Shown here: positions 37,580 to 46,775 of the stretch, in pieces
Layout of the letters: each line of letters starts with the position of its first letter
Numbering within the stretch: the stretch's first letter is position 1
Assembly: GCA_003224085.1 (NCBI GenBank)
Contig: QHYK01000063.1
Location: 2,625-66,624, forward strand
DNA: 64,000 nt
From: Acidobacteriota bacterium
GTDB lineage: Bacteria > Acidobacteriota > Terriglobia > Acidiferrales > UBA7541
Reading direction: 5' to 3'
Notes under the pieces: model-generated
Databases searched by the model: none
Seen by the model: only the letters and a program-made list of their open reading frames with translations
What the model was told of the DNA's origin: nothing
Made by a program: the position numbers and the translations under genes

Positions 37580-38157
37580 TGAACTCATTCGAAAAATGGT
37601 ATTGCGGGTCCGCGCTTTGGCGCTATCTCACGCGGCGCGAACTGTTGCCTTGGATGCTGCCAGGTTCGTCGTTGGGTGACCACCTTCTGGAACTGGGCGC
37701 TGGGTCCGGAGCGGCAACCATGGAGTTGGCGCGTCTTGCGTCCCGCGTCACTAGCCTCGAATACGATCATGCGAGCGCCCTAAAGCTCAGTACCAGAGCC
37801 AACCATGCTCCCGGCCGCGCGAACGTCGGGGTCATCCAGGGCGATGCGGCGGCCCTTCCCTTTCCTGACAGCACATTCTCGTCTGTGCTCGCGATCCTGC
37901 TGCTGCATCATTTGCAATCCCCGGAGTTGCAAGATCGCGCTTTTTCCGAAATCGCCCGCGTGCTTCGGCCAGGCGGCGTTTTTCTTGCTTTCGATATCCC
38001 CAACGCCTGGATTCACCGTGTTGCGCACATCCAAAGCACGTTTGTGCCCCTGGAACTGGCGACCGCGAGCAAGAGGTTGACAGCGGCGGGACTCTCTCAC
38101 ATCACCATGGATTCCCGGAGCGGAGGTTTTCGCATTCGCGCCCTCCGGGTAGCCTAG
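37579..38157 (+). CDS. Class I SAM-dependent methyltransferase
   Basis: LLELGAGSG, GDAAALPFPDSTFSSV, ARVLRPGGVF; GTG start overlaps the remnant's TAG. Confidence 0.9.
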   Translation: MNSFEKWYCGSALWRYLTRRELLPWMLPGSSLGDHLLELGAGSGAATMELARLASRVTSLEYDHASALKLSTRANHAPGRANVGVIQGDAAALPFPDSTFSSVLAILLLHHLQSPELQDRAFSEIARVLRPGGVFLAFDIPNAWIHRVAHIQSTFVPLELATASKRLTAAGLSHITMDSRSGGFRIRALRVA

Positions 38158-38184
38158 TCTTTCGCCTTGCAGCATTCACCTGCG

Positions 38185-38213
38185 TTGACCCTTACAATTC
38201 CGCGTCATAGCAT
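38185..38213 (+). promoter_or_regulatory. sigma70 promoter giving a probable leaderless P450 mRNA
   Basis: TTGACC - 17 nt - TAGCAT; ATG begins 7 nt after the -10 element. Confidence 0.65.
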
Positions 38214-38219
38214 GATGGT

Positions 38220-39620
38220 ATGTGGCCGCGCCGCGACAAATTTCCTCCCGGCCCGTACGGAGGACTGAAAGGCTGGTCCTTTGGCCCCCTAAACGAGAAT
38301 CCGCTCGAGTTCTTTTGCGGGCTCGCGCGTGACTACGGCGACGTGGCGGGCATCCGCGTCGTGAATTTCCGCAGCATTTTCATCAATCATCCCAGCGCCA
38401 TCGAAGAAGTGCTGGTTGGCCACCCGCGCCGCTACGTCAAAGGCCGCGTGTTGCGCGCCAACCGCCACGTTTTTGGCGAGGGGCTGCTCACCAGCGAAGG
38501 CGATTTCTGGCTGCGACAGCGCCGCCTGGTGCAGCCCGCGTTTCACCGCCCGCGTATCGCCGCCTATGCCGAAACCATGGTGCAATACACGCAACGCATG
38601 CTTGAAACCTGGCGCCCCGGGGAAGAGCGCGACGTTCATCAGGAGATGATGCGCCTAACGCTGCAAATCGTGGCGAAAACGCTGTTTAACGCCAACGTTG
38701 CCGGCGATGCCCAAGACGTTGGGAAGTCGCTCGAACAGCTATTGGAACTCGGCGCCGATTTCCGACGCACCCTGCTGGTTCCGCACTGGGTGCCCACGCC
38801 CGCCAACCTGCGCATCAAGCGCGAAATTGCCTTTATCGAAAGCATCCTCTACCGCATCATCAACGAGCGCCGCGCTTCGGGCCGCGACACCGGAGACCTT
38901 CTCTCCATGCTTCTGCACGCCCAGGACGAAGATGGTTCGCGCATGAACGACAAGCAGCTCCGCGATGAAACCGTCACGCTTTTTCTCGCCGGGCATGAAA
39001 CTACCGCCAGCTTGCTTTCCTGGACCTGGTGGCTGCTGGCACAGAATCCCCACGTGGAAGCGAAGCTGCACGCCGAGCTCGACGGGCTCCTCAGCGGCCG
39101 CGCGCCCTCCCTGGAAGATCTCCCGCGCCTGCCGTACACCGGAAACGTAATTACGGAATCCTTGCGACTTTATCCAACGGCGTGGGGCCTGGCGCGCATC
39201 GCTGTTGCAAACCACGAACTCGCAGGCTATCCGGTGAAAAAGGGCATGGGCGTCGCCATGGCGCAGTGGGTTGTCCATCGCGACCCCCGTTGGTACGACG
39301 CGCCCGAACAATTTCGCCCGGAACGCTGGGAAGGCGATTTTGTCAAGCGCATCCCGCGATTTGCGTATTTCCCCTTTGGCGGCGGCCCCCGCCAATGCAT
39401 CGGCAATTCTTTTGCATTGATGGAAGCGACGCTGATTCTGGCCACGGTCGCACAAAAGTACAGGCTGCACCTGGCGGCAAATCATCCGGTTGTCCCGCTG
39501 GCGTCCATTACGCTGCGCCCTCGCTACGGCGTGCGCGTGATTCTAGAGTCGCGGCAGCGCCGAACCATGGAGCATTTTCCAAAAGCAAGCCAGACAACGC
39601 AGGCCATGAGCGCCGACTAG
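38220..39620 (+). CDS. Cytochrome P450
   Basis: AGHETT I-helix, ESLR (ExxR), PEQFRPERW, FPFGGGPRQCIG heme-binding motif. Confidence 0.97.
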   Translation: MWPRRDKFPPGPYGGLKGWSFGPLNENPLEFFCGLARDYGDVAGIRVVNFRSIFINHPSAIEEVLVGHPRRYVKGRVLRANRHVFGEGLLTSEGDFWLRQRRLVQPAFHRPRIAAYAETMVQYTQRMLETWRPGEERDVHQEMMRLTLQIVAKTLFNANVAGDAQDVGKSLEQLLELGADFRRTLLVPHWVPTPANLRIKREIAFIESILYRIINERRASGRDTGDLLSMLLHAQDEDGSRMNDKQLRDETVTLFLAGHETTASLLSWTWWLLAQNPHVEAKLHAELDGLLSGRAPSLEDLPRLPYTGNVITESLRLYPTAWGLARIAVANHELAGYPVKKGMGVAMAQWVVHRDPRWYDAPEQFRPERWEGDFVKRIPRFAYFPFGGGPRQCIGNSFALMEATLILATVAQKYRLHLAANHPVVPLASITLRPRYGVRVILESRQRRTMEHFPKASQTTQAMSAD

Positions 39621-39751
39621 GGCGAGCCGCTTTTCACACCCGCGATCTTAATGCGGTGTCCTTCTGAGCGAAGCGCGCTTCTTGCTCTCCGGATAGGTTT
39701 GCGGTGCCAAGAATCTCATCTGATCGAATGCCGTCGTGTTCGCGATGGACG

Positions 39752-40903
39752 CTACTTGCTGGAGAGCTGCGAAGCCAGTTCCGAATGTGTTTGCATCACG
39801 CGCAGAATCGAGTCCCGCGTTACCATGCCCACGATTTGCGGCGCTCCGTCACCCGCGCCGCTCACCACCGGCATTTGATTGATGTCCGCTGTCAGCAGCC
39901 GCTCCAGCAGTTTCAGGAGCGGCTCGTCGGGCGAGGTCCACTGAATTTTGTCCCGCGGGATCATTGCTGCTTGGACCGAATTGTTGGCCCACTCTTGTCG
40001 CGGCACGGCATTCAGCGTGTGGACATTCATCATGCCCACCAGCCGGTCGCCTGAAAGCACCAGGTGACAGCGCCGCCCGGTTCGTAGCACCTCTGCGCCG
40101 TATTCCTCCAGGGTGACGTGCCCGTCAATCGTGGGAACCTCGTGGCTCATCACGTCCGACGCATGAAGCCCCGCCAGGGCATCGCGGATGGTCAATTGCG
40201 CGATGCTCTGTTGCGCGGCGTTCAGCAGGTACAGCCCAATCACTCCCAGCCATAGCCCGGAATACCAGTCATTCTTGTAGAAAGCCTGGTAGCCACCGAT
40301 CCCCATCATGGCGTACGCCACCACTTTTCCGCTCGAACCTGCAATCAGTGTTGCGCGCGAGAAATCCTTGGTGATGCCCCAAATAATCGCGCGAAAGATT
40401 CTGCCGCCGTCTAAAGGAAATCCTGGCACCAAGTTGAACCCACCGAGTAAGAGATTGGTCCAGCCGAGATAACCTGACAGTGCACCGGCCATCTGCTGGG
40501 AAGAAGAAAAGCTGGTTATGACCAAAAACATTAGGCCAAGAAAAAAGCTGGCGAGCGGCCCCGCAATGGCGATGTTGAATTCCTGAAGAGGTTTTGAAGG
40601 TTCTCGCCCAATGCGGGCGATGCCGCCAAAAATAAACAGCGTAATGGAGTGCACCGGGATCTTGTAATAGAGCGCCGCAACGCTGTGCGCCAACTCGTGA
40701 AAAAGCACGGAGGCGAAAAAAAGAAGGCTGGTCAAGATTCCCAAAGTCCAGTGTTGTGTGGGCGTCCATTGCGGATGCAGCTGCCGAAAGTTCATCGCCA
40801 GCGTATAAGTAATCAGGCCGAAGATGAGCAGCCAGCTGGCATCCAGATAAATCGGGATGCCCAGGATTTTAGCGATTCGAAAGCCGGCAGTGCGAATGGG
40901 CAT
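39752..40903 (-). CDS. Site-2 protease (peptidase M50) with CBS domains
   Basis: HELAH, NLVPGFPLDGG, C-terminal tandem CBS domains. Confidence 0.94.
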   Translation of the reverse strand: MPIRTAGFRIAKILGIPIYLDASWLLIFGLITYTLAMNFRQLHPQWTPTQHWTLGILTSLLFFASVLFHELAHSVAALYYKIPVHSITLFIFGGIARIGREPSKPLQEFNIAIAGPLASFFLGLMFLVITSFSSSQQMAGALSGYLGWTNLLLGGFNLVPGFPLDGGRIFRAIIWGITKDFSRATLIAGSSGKVVAYAMMGIGGYQAFYKNDWYSGLWLGVIGLYLLNAAQQSIAQLTIRDALAGLHASDVMSHEVPTIDGHVTLEEYGAEVLRTGRRCHLVLSGDRLVGMMNVHTLNAVPRQEWANNSVQAAMIPRDKIQWTSPDEPLLKLLERLLTADINQMPVVSGAGDGAPQIVGMVTRDSILRVMQTHSELASQLSSK

Positions 40904-41153
40904 TGGCTAGCGCTCTCCGGAAGGTGGCGGGCCTAGAAGCACCTCAGGATTTGCAACCTCACAATCTACACTAGCGCGAATCTCTCCCACGGTAAAACGG
41001 GGCGCCAGGGCGTTTCGCGTCCTGGCCGACACAGCCGTGTTCTCGCATCCACAGTATCAAGCCGCTTTGAATCCTATAATGTCTTTGTTTTCAATTCCTT
41101 GAGATGGGTGTTCCAACTGCCTTCCCGAAGGTCGTACTTCGGGAGGCTCACAC

Positions 41154-41351
41154 ATGATCACCTCGCTCGACTTCGCCATGCTCGCCATCGCCACCGTGTT
41201 CGCCGTCGCGGCGGCAGCCGCTCTTTCCTGGATGTTTCTTCGCATGGCCTTTGTGTTGATGCCGCCGGCCACAGCCCGCAGGCTTCCTCCCCGCACGGAA
41301 CTGGTGCAGGGAACCGCGCAACTGGCTCGTGCCTACGCCGGCAATCGCTAG
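41154..41351 (+). CDS. Small single-TM hypothetical protein
   Basis: 65 aa, SD GGGAGG, hydrophobic N-terminal half. Confidence 0.75.
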   Translation: MITSLDFAMLAIATVFAVAAAAALSWMFLRMAFVLMPPATARRLPPRTELVQGTAQLARAYAGNR

Positions 41352-41500
41352 AACGTCCCCTCGGCGGTGTGCCACGGGCCAAGCCCTGAGCCTCTTCTGA
41401 CCGCAGGGTTCCGTAGTCCAACACGGGCAAACGGAGCGATCACCCTCCGCCGCAGTGCTTTCTAAAAGGGGCCGGAAATGCAAAGGAAGGGAGTAACTCG

Positions 41501-42883
41501 ATGCTGGCTTTGAAATATCTCTTGATGATTCTGGGAATTGGACTGTTTGGCAGTGCCGGGGCCCTGGTTGCATACGACGTCTTTCTCGCCACAGAGCTCC
41601 GCCGATTGCTCGGCGGTCGCGGAGCCGGGGAGGCCGCCGCGGAGGTGGGGCCGCTGGCTGGCCGCCCTTTTCCTCCGGTGCGGTCGCATTTGGCGCTGCA
41701 GCTTGCGGCGGCGGGGGCCCTGGCGATCCTCATCACCGAGGCCGTCGTAGTGATCCCCGACGGGGCAGCGGGCGTCCGCATCAGCCAGATTTTGGGCGCG
41801 CGCCCCGGAACCTTGTATCCGGGCGTGCACCTGATAACCCCGCTAGTCGATTCGGTCGCCATCTACGATACGCGCGAACAGGTTTACACGACTCTGGCCT
41901 CCGAAAATCCCAAGCTCAACGGTGATGTCCTGAACGTGCAGGCGCGCGAAGGCCTGAACATCGGCCTGGCTGTCGCCGTGCGTTATCGCTTGGATCCGAA
42001 GCGGCTGGATTCCATCCACACGAATTTGCCACAACCCGTGGGCGAGCAAGTGGTGGCTCCGGTCGTTTCCACCATTTACCGCCAACTCGCGCCCAATTAC
42101 ATGACGCGCGAAATCTTTGCCACGAAACGGGAAGAACTGCGCAGCAAAGCAGCTGAAGCCATCACCGCGCGGCTTGCAAGCGACGGCATCTTGGTCCGCG
42201 AAGTGCTCCTCCGCGATCTCCAGTTGCCCGCCGAATACGCAAAAGGACTTGAAGGGCTGCTCCTAAAAGAACAGGAAAATGAACGGCTCGGGACCGAGCA
42301 GGAAATCAAGCAGAAGGAAGTGAAAATTGCGGAGCTGGAGGCCGAAGCGCAGAAATCGCGCGACGTCAAACAGGCCGAAGCTCAGGCGCAAGTGCGTGTG
42401 CTGCAAGCCAAAGCGGAAGCCGACGCCATGCAATACACGCTGCCGCTGAAGCAGAAGCAAATCGAACAGACCAAACTCGAAGCCCAGGCGCGCAAGGAAG
42501 CGACTCTGGAAAATGCCGAAGCCGCGGCGCAAGCCAAAATCATCGATAGCAAAGCCGAAGTCGAGCGCCAGAAGAATCTTGCCGATGCAGATGCCAACCG
42601 CATTCGCGTGACCGCTGCAGCGGACGCCGAGCGGCTGAAGTACGAAGCGTCGGTACTCAAGCAAAATCCCATGCTGATTCAAAAAATCATTGCCGAGCGG
42701 CTCTCCGACAAGCTGCAAATCATGATGGTTCCCATGGATGGGAAAAATTTCTTCGCCACCGACGTGATGCGGTCGGCGTTTTCCGGAGTTACCGCGGGAA
42801 GAAACGACGATCAAGGAGACGGAACGGACGATCCCCCGGCCGCGGCAACGCCTACGGCGCAACGCAAGCCGCGCCGGCAGTGA
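41501..42883 (+). CDS. SPFH (band 7/prohibitin-like) protein with Ala/Glu coiled-coil repeats
   Basis: VVIPDGAAGVRISQ..G....TLYPGVHLITP, REVLLRDLQLP..Y, EAEAQ/AEAQAQ repeats; SD GAAGGGAG. Confidence 0.9.
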   Translation: MLALKYLLMILGIGLFGSAGALVAYDVFLATELRRLLGGRGAGEAAAEVGPLAGRPFPPVRSHLALQLAAAGALAILITEAVVVIPDGAAGVRISQILGARPGTLYPGVHLITPLVDSVAIYDTREQVYTTLASENPKLNGDVLNVQAREGLNIGLAVAVRYRLDPKRLDSIHTNLPQPVGEQVVAPVVSTIYRQLAPNYMTREIFATKREELRSKAAEAITARLASDGILVREVLLRDLQLPAEYAKGLEGLLLKEQENERLGTEQEIKQKEVKIAELEAEAQKSRDVKQAEAQAQVRVLQAKAEADAMQYTLPLKQKQIEQTKLEAQARKEATLENAEAAAQAKIIDSKAEVERQKNLADADANRIRVTAAADAERLKYEASVLKQNPMLIQKIIAERLSDKLQIMMVPMDGKNFFATDVMRSAFSGVTAGRNDDQGDGTDDPPAAATPTAQRKPRRQ

Positions 42884-43147
42884 GGGCAGGACAAGAAATC
42901 GGCACAGGCTTTCGAAAGAGGCGAGACAGATTCGCCTGGGCCAATGGCCTCCGCCAGCCAAAACCCTGTTGGGTGGCCCGGGACGAGCCGGAAAGGAGGA
43001 GCAGCCATGAACAGAAAGGCAAGCACCGCCGCGCTTGGCCGCATGTTTCAGAGTTGCTCCTCCTCCGGCACACGCGTTCCGGGGCACCCGGCTGGCGGTC
43101 AGAACAGGAGGTGCACATGAGCTGCGGCTTCGTGCTCTGGGGAACGT

Positions 43148-46100
43148 CTATTCTTTGACCGAAGGATACTTCGGCCGCGGGGGAACCCCCTGGTAGTCTT
43201 TCAGCGCTTCTTTCGCCAATTCGATGGCTTTTTCTAGCTGCGGATCGTGCCCGTTCACGACCAAGTCAGGCCGCTGCGGCACAACGTAATCCGGGTCCAC
43301 ACCATGCTGTTCGACGATCCATTCGCCGCCGTTATCGCTGCTGAAGAAGGCGAAGCCGGGAGCCGTAACGAATCCGCCGTCCCGCAAGGGCTGGCCACCG
43401 CCGATGCCCACCAAACCGCCCCATGTCCGCGTCCCGACGATGGGTCCGATCTTTTCGCGGCGGAAGAACCACGGGAACGCGTCGCCGCCTGAACCGGCCA
43501 GCTCATTGACGATCATCACTTTCGGTCCATAAATCGCCACCGGCGGCCACGGAACATCGGCCGTATCGCGCGGCGCGACCACCGCCAGCAACTGCCGCTT
43601 CAATTTCTCGGTATAAAAATCCGGAATCTGCCCGCCCGAGTTGTCCCGCTCGTCCACAATGATGCCGTCCTTGTCGAGCTGCGCGATAAACTGCTTGTCG
43701 AACGCGATGATGCCGCTAAAGCTGGTGTCCGGCACGTGCATGTAGCCAATTCGCCCACCGGTGGCTTCCTCGATTTTCCTGCGATTCACGGCGATCCAAT
43801 CGAGATAGCGGACTCCGGCCTCGCTGTTTGCGGGCTTCACGGTGATCTCCCACGCTCCTTGCGGAGCGGGTTTGTTGTTTATTCTCAGGGTCACCAGCTT
43901 TCCCGCCAAGTCCTGAAAATACGCATAAACGTCGCGGTCGGAGCGTGCTTCCTGACCATTGACAGCAATCAAATAATCGCCGGCCTTTACCTTTAACCCG
44001 GGCTCGGTCAGCGGCGAGCGAGAATTCTCATTCCAATTCTCGCCGGGATAAATCTTGGCGATGCGGTAGTAGCCGCCGTCCGCTTCGAAATCCGCGCCGA
44101 GCATGCCGACATTGACGCGCGCCGCCTGCGGCTGGTCTCCACCGCCCACATACGTGTGCGAAGTACTCAATTCGGAAATCATTTCGCCAATCAAGTAATT
44201 CAAATCGCTGCGGTGAACCACCCAGGGCAGCAGCGCCTCATATCGCTCGCCGAGCTTTTTCCAATCGTGCCCGGTCATGGCCGGGTCCCAGTAAAAATCG
44301 CGTTCGATGCGCCAGGCTTCGTGAAAAACCTGCCGCCATTCTTCGCGCGGATCAATCTTCACCTGCATTTCTGCGAGGTTCAGTTTGCCATCGCCAACTT
44401 TAGCCTTGCCCGGCGTCGCTTCCACGATGCCGTAAACCGGCCCTGCCTTATAGAGGGCCTTCTTGCCTTCTTTGTCCAAATCGTAGTCGTCGATTCCGTC
44501 CAGCAAAACCTTGTCTTCGCGCTTGACCATGTCAAACAGGTGAAGAACGCCCCTTGGCTGCGGAGCAGTGCCGGGGATGAGCTGGCGTGCCTGTTGCGGA
44601 GTCTCCAGGTAGAAAAGCTTGTCTTTGCGCGCCGCCAAACCTCCAAGAATTCCGGGCTTGATGGGCACGGGCAGAAGGCGATTGCCGATGCCCTCCAGGT
44701 CAATCTGAATGGGCTTGACCGGCTCTTCCTTCTTTTCTTCGGACTTTTGCTCGCCGCTCTTTGCCTCGCCGGATTTCTTTTCGTCCTTCTTCTCGTCTTT
44801 CTTTTCTTCGGCCCCTTTTTCCTCATCGCTTTCCGGCTTGAAAGGAGAAGCCTCGTCGGCCTTCAGCGTCACGGCGAAGATTCCGTCGGTAGCGTAGTAG
44901 TTGTACCGCAGATCGAGCTGCCCGCGGCTCGGATAGAAGTAGCGCGTCGAAATGAAATACAAATATTTCCCGCCGGGGTCAAAGACCGGATTGTTATCGC
45001 TATAAAAGCCTGTCGAAACTTTGGTGCTTTTCTTCGTCCCAAGGGAATAAAGAAAAACGTCGTTCGCGCCGCGCCGGTGGGGCTTCGAATAAGTCAGCCA
45101 CAAGCTATCCGGCGACCAGCCGGCATCCGCAATGTCGCCGTACTCGCTCTTGTCCACCAGCACCGGCTTTTTTTCTTCCATGCCGACATACCAGAGCTGA
45201 TGCAGCTTGTCCCAGTACACCAGTTTCTTGCTGTCCGGTGACCACGTTGGCCCGTAGCGATAAATCCCACCATCGGTCGTGATGCGCGTTTCGTCGCCGC
45301 CCATCTGCGGACGGATATAGACCTCGTATTCCCCAGTCTTGTCGGAGAGATACGCAATCCACTTGCCATCGGGCGACCACGCCGGATTCAGCTCGTGGAT
45401 GCTCGAATGTTCCGTCGTCAGCGTGCGAAGGCTGCCGTGCTCTGCCGGAACCGTGAAAATATTGCCGCGCGCTTCCATCACCGCTCGCGCCGCCGAAGGC
45501 GACAACGCGAAGCCGCCGACGTTCTGCGAGACGTTCTTGAACTCCGCCCGCGCTTCGATGTCTTCCGCGTGCACCACAATGGGGATTTCGCGGGTTTTGT
45601 TGCTCGCCAGGTTGTATTCGTACAGCAGCCCGCCATTCTCATAGACAATGGCGTCCGGCCCCAGGCTTGGCCACTTGATGTCGTACTCCTTGTAATCGGT
45701 GAGCTTCTTGCTTTGCTTCGAGCCGAGATCATAGCTATACAAATTCATCACGCCGTCAAGGTCGCTGATGAAGTAAATCGCGTTCCCGTGCCACATGGGG
45801 AACATGTCCATGCCCTTGGACTTGGGCAGCTCGTCGTAGGTGTTGTTTTTCAGGTCGTAGATCGCGATGGGCAGGTTCCAGCCGCCGTGGTAACGCTTCC
45901 ACGTGCGAAACTCCTGCGAAGTTTCGATATAGGCGATTTTCGTCCCATCCGGCGAAAACGAAGTCAGATCGCCGCGCGGAACGGGAAGCTGTTTGGGCAT
46001 GCCGCCTTGCGGCGACACCAGGAACAACTTTGTGAAGCGCACTGGCGGCGCGCTGTAACGGTCCGAGCGGAACAAAATGTTTTTGCCGTCGGGTGTCCAG

Positions 46101-46492
46101 CCCAGCACGATGTCGTTCGAAGGATGGAAGGTCAGCCGCTTGGGCTCTCCGCCCTCCGCCGAAATCAGATAAACGTCCGGGTTGCCGTCATACTCCCCCG
46201 TGAACGCAATCCATTTGCCGTCAGGCGAAAATTTCGGATAAAGTTCGTCGCCCACGTGCGAGGTCAGCCGCCGCGCTGCGCCGCCATCGCGCGAAGCGAT
46301 CCACAGATCGCCGGCGTAAGCGAAAACGACTTTATCTTTCGAAATGTCGCCGAACCGCAGCAGCTTGGTCGGTCCGGGAGAAACCTCCTCGCCGGCCTGT
46401 GCCGGCGCTTTCGCCGGCGCGGCCATCAGCCAAAGCACTGCGCCTGCTCCCAGCCACAACAAGGCATTCCTTCCATGGGACAGCGGCTTCAT
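43148..46492 (-). CDS. Tricorn-like S41 family protease
   Basis: PD40 beta-propeller repeats (YPKFSPDGKWIAF), SHTY, IGYMHVPDT, NELAGSGGDAFP, GTRTWGG; signal peptide from ATG 46492. Confidence 0.95.
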   Translation of the reverse strand: MKPLSHGRNALLWLGAGAVLWLMAAPAKAPAQAGEEVSPGPTKLLRFGDISKDKVVFAYAGDLWIASRDGGAARRLTSHVGDELYPKFSPDGKWIAFTGEYDGNPDVYLISAEGGEPKRLTFHPSNDIVLGWTPDGKNILFRSDRYSAPPVRFTKLFLVSPQGGMPKQLPVPRGDLTSFSPDGTKIAYIETSQEFRTWKRYHGGWNLPIAIYDLKNNTYDELPKSKGMDMFPMWHGNAIYFISDLDGVMNLYSYDLGSKQSKKLTDYKEYDIKWPSLGPDAIVYENGGLLYEYNLASNKTREIPIVVHAEDIEARAEFKNVSQNVGGFALSPSAARAVMEARGNIFTVPAEHGSLRTLTTEHSSIHELNPAWSPDGKWIAYLSDKTGEYEVYIRPQMGGDETRITTDGGIYRYGPTWSPDSKKLVYWDKLHQLWYVGMEEKKPVLVDKSEYGDIADAGWSPDSLWLTYSKPHRRGANDVFLYSLGTKKSTKVSTGFYSDNNPVFDPGGKYLYFISTRYFYPSRGQLDLRYNYYATDGIFAVTLKADEASPFKPESDEEKGAEEKKDEKKDEKKSGEAKSGEQKSEEKKEEPVKPIQIDLEGIGNRLLPVPIKPGILGGLAARKDKLFYLETPQQARQLIPGTAPQPRGVLHLFDMVKREDKVLLDGIDDYDLDKEGKKALYKAGPVYGIVEATPGKAKVGDGKLNLAEMQVKIDPREEWRQVFHEAWRIERDFYWDPAMTGHDWKKLGERYEALLPWVVHRSDLNYLIGEMISELSTSHTYVGGGDQPQAARVNVGMLGADFEADGGYYRIAKIYPGENWNENSRSPLTEPGLKVKAGDYLIAVNGQEARSDRDVYAYFQDLAGKLVTLRINNKPAPQGAWEITVKPANSEAGVRYLDWIAVNRRKIEEATGGRIGYMHVPDTSFSGIIAFDKQFIAQLDKDGIIVDERDNSGGQIPDFYTEKLKRQLLAVVAPRDTADVPWPPVAIYGPKVMIVNELAGSGGDAFPWFFRREKIGPIVGTRTWGGLVGIGGGQPLRDGGFVTAPGFAFFSSDNGGEWIVEQHGVDPDYVVPQRPDLVVNGHDPQLEKAIELAKEALKDYQGVPPRPKYPSVKE

Positions 46493-46775
46493 TGCCTCGC
46501 TCCTAAACATTCGGATTTTGTTTTTGGCACCCGGCCATCCAAAATGGACGTGCTGGCTTGCGAAAAGCCTCTCCGTAACGGGCGCCCGCTTCGAATGCCA
46601 CTCCATTCTTGGCGATGGAAGTCATCCCCGAATCGCCGTTTGGGTGCCGGCGGTTTCCGTCGGGCTTCCGTAGCCGCAGTATCATCGCACTCCAGTTCCG
46701 TGTTCGCTACAAGAAAACCATGTCCCCCCTTTTGCACCCATCGGCAGCCATTTCATTTAGAATGGAAGCCAAGCC

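Noticed and set aside
42895-42990. c-di-GMP-I riboswitch resemblance (CACAGG, TTCGAAAG)
   Set aside because: Lacks the GGCAAAC and GACGCAAAGC cores and is not upstream of a substantial gene
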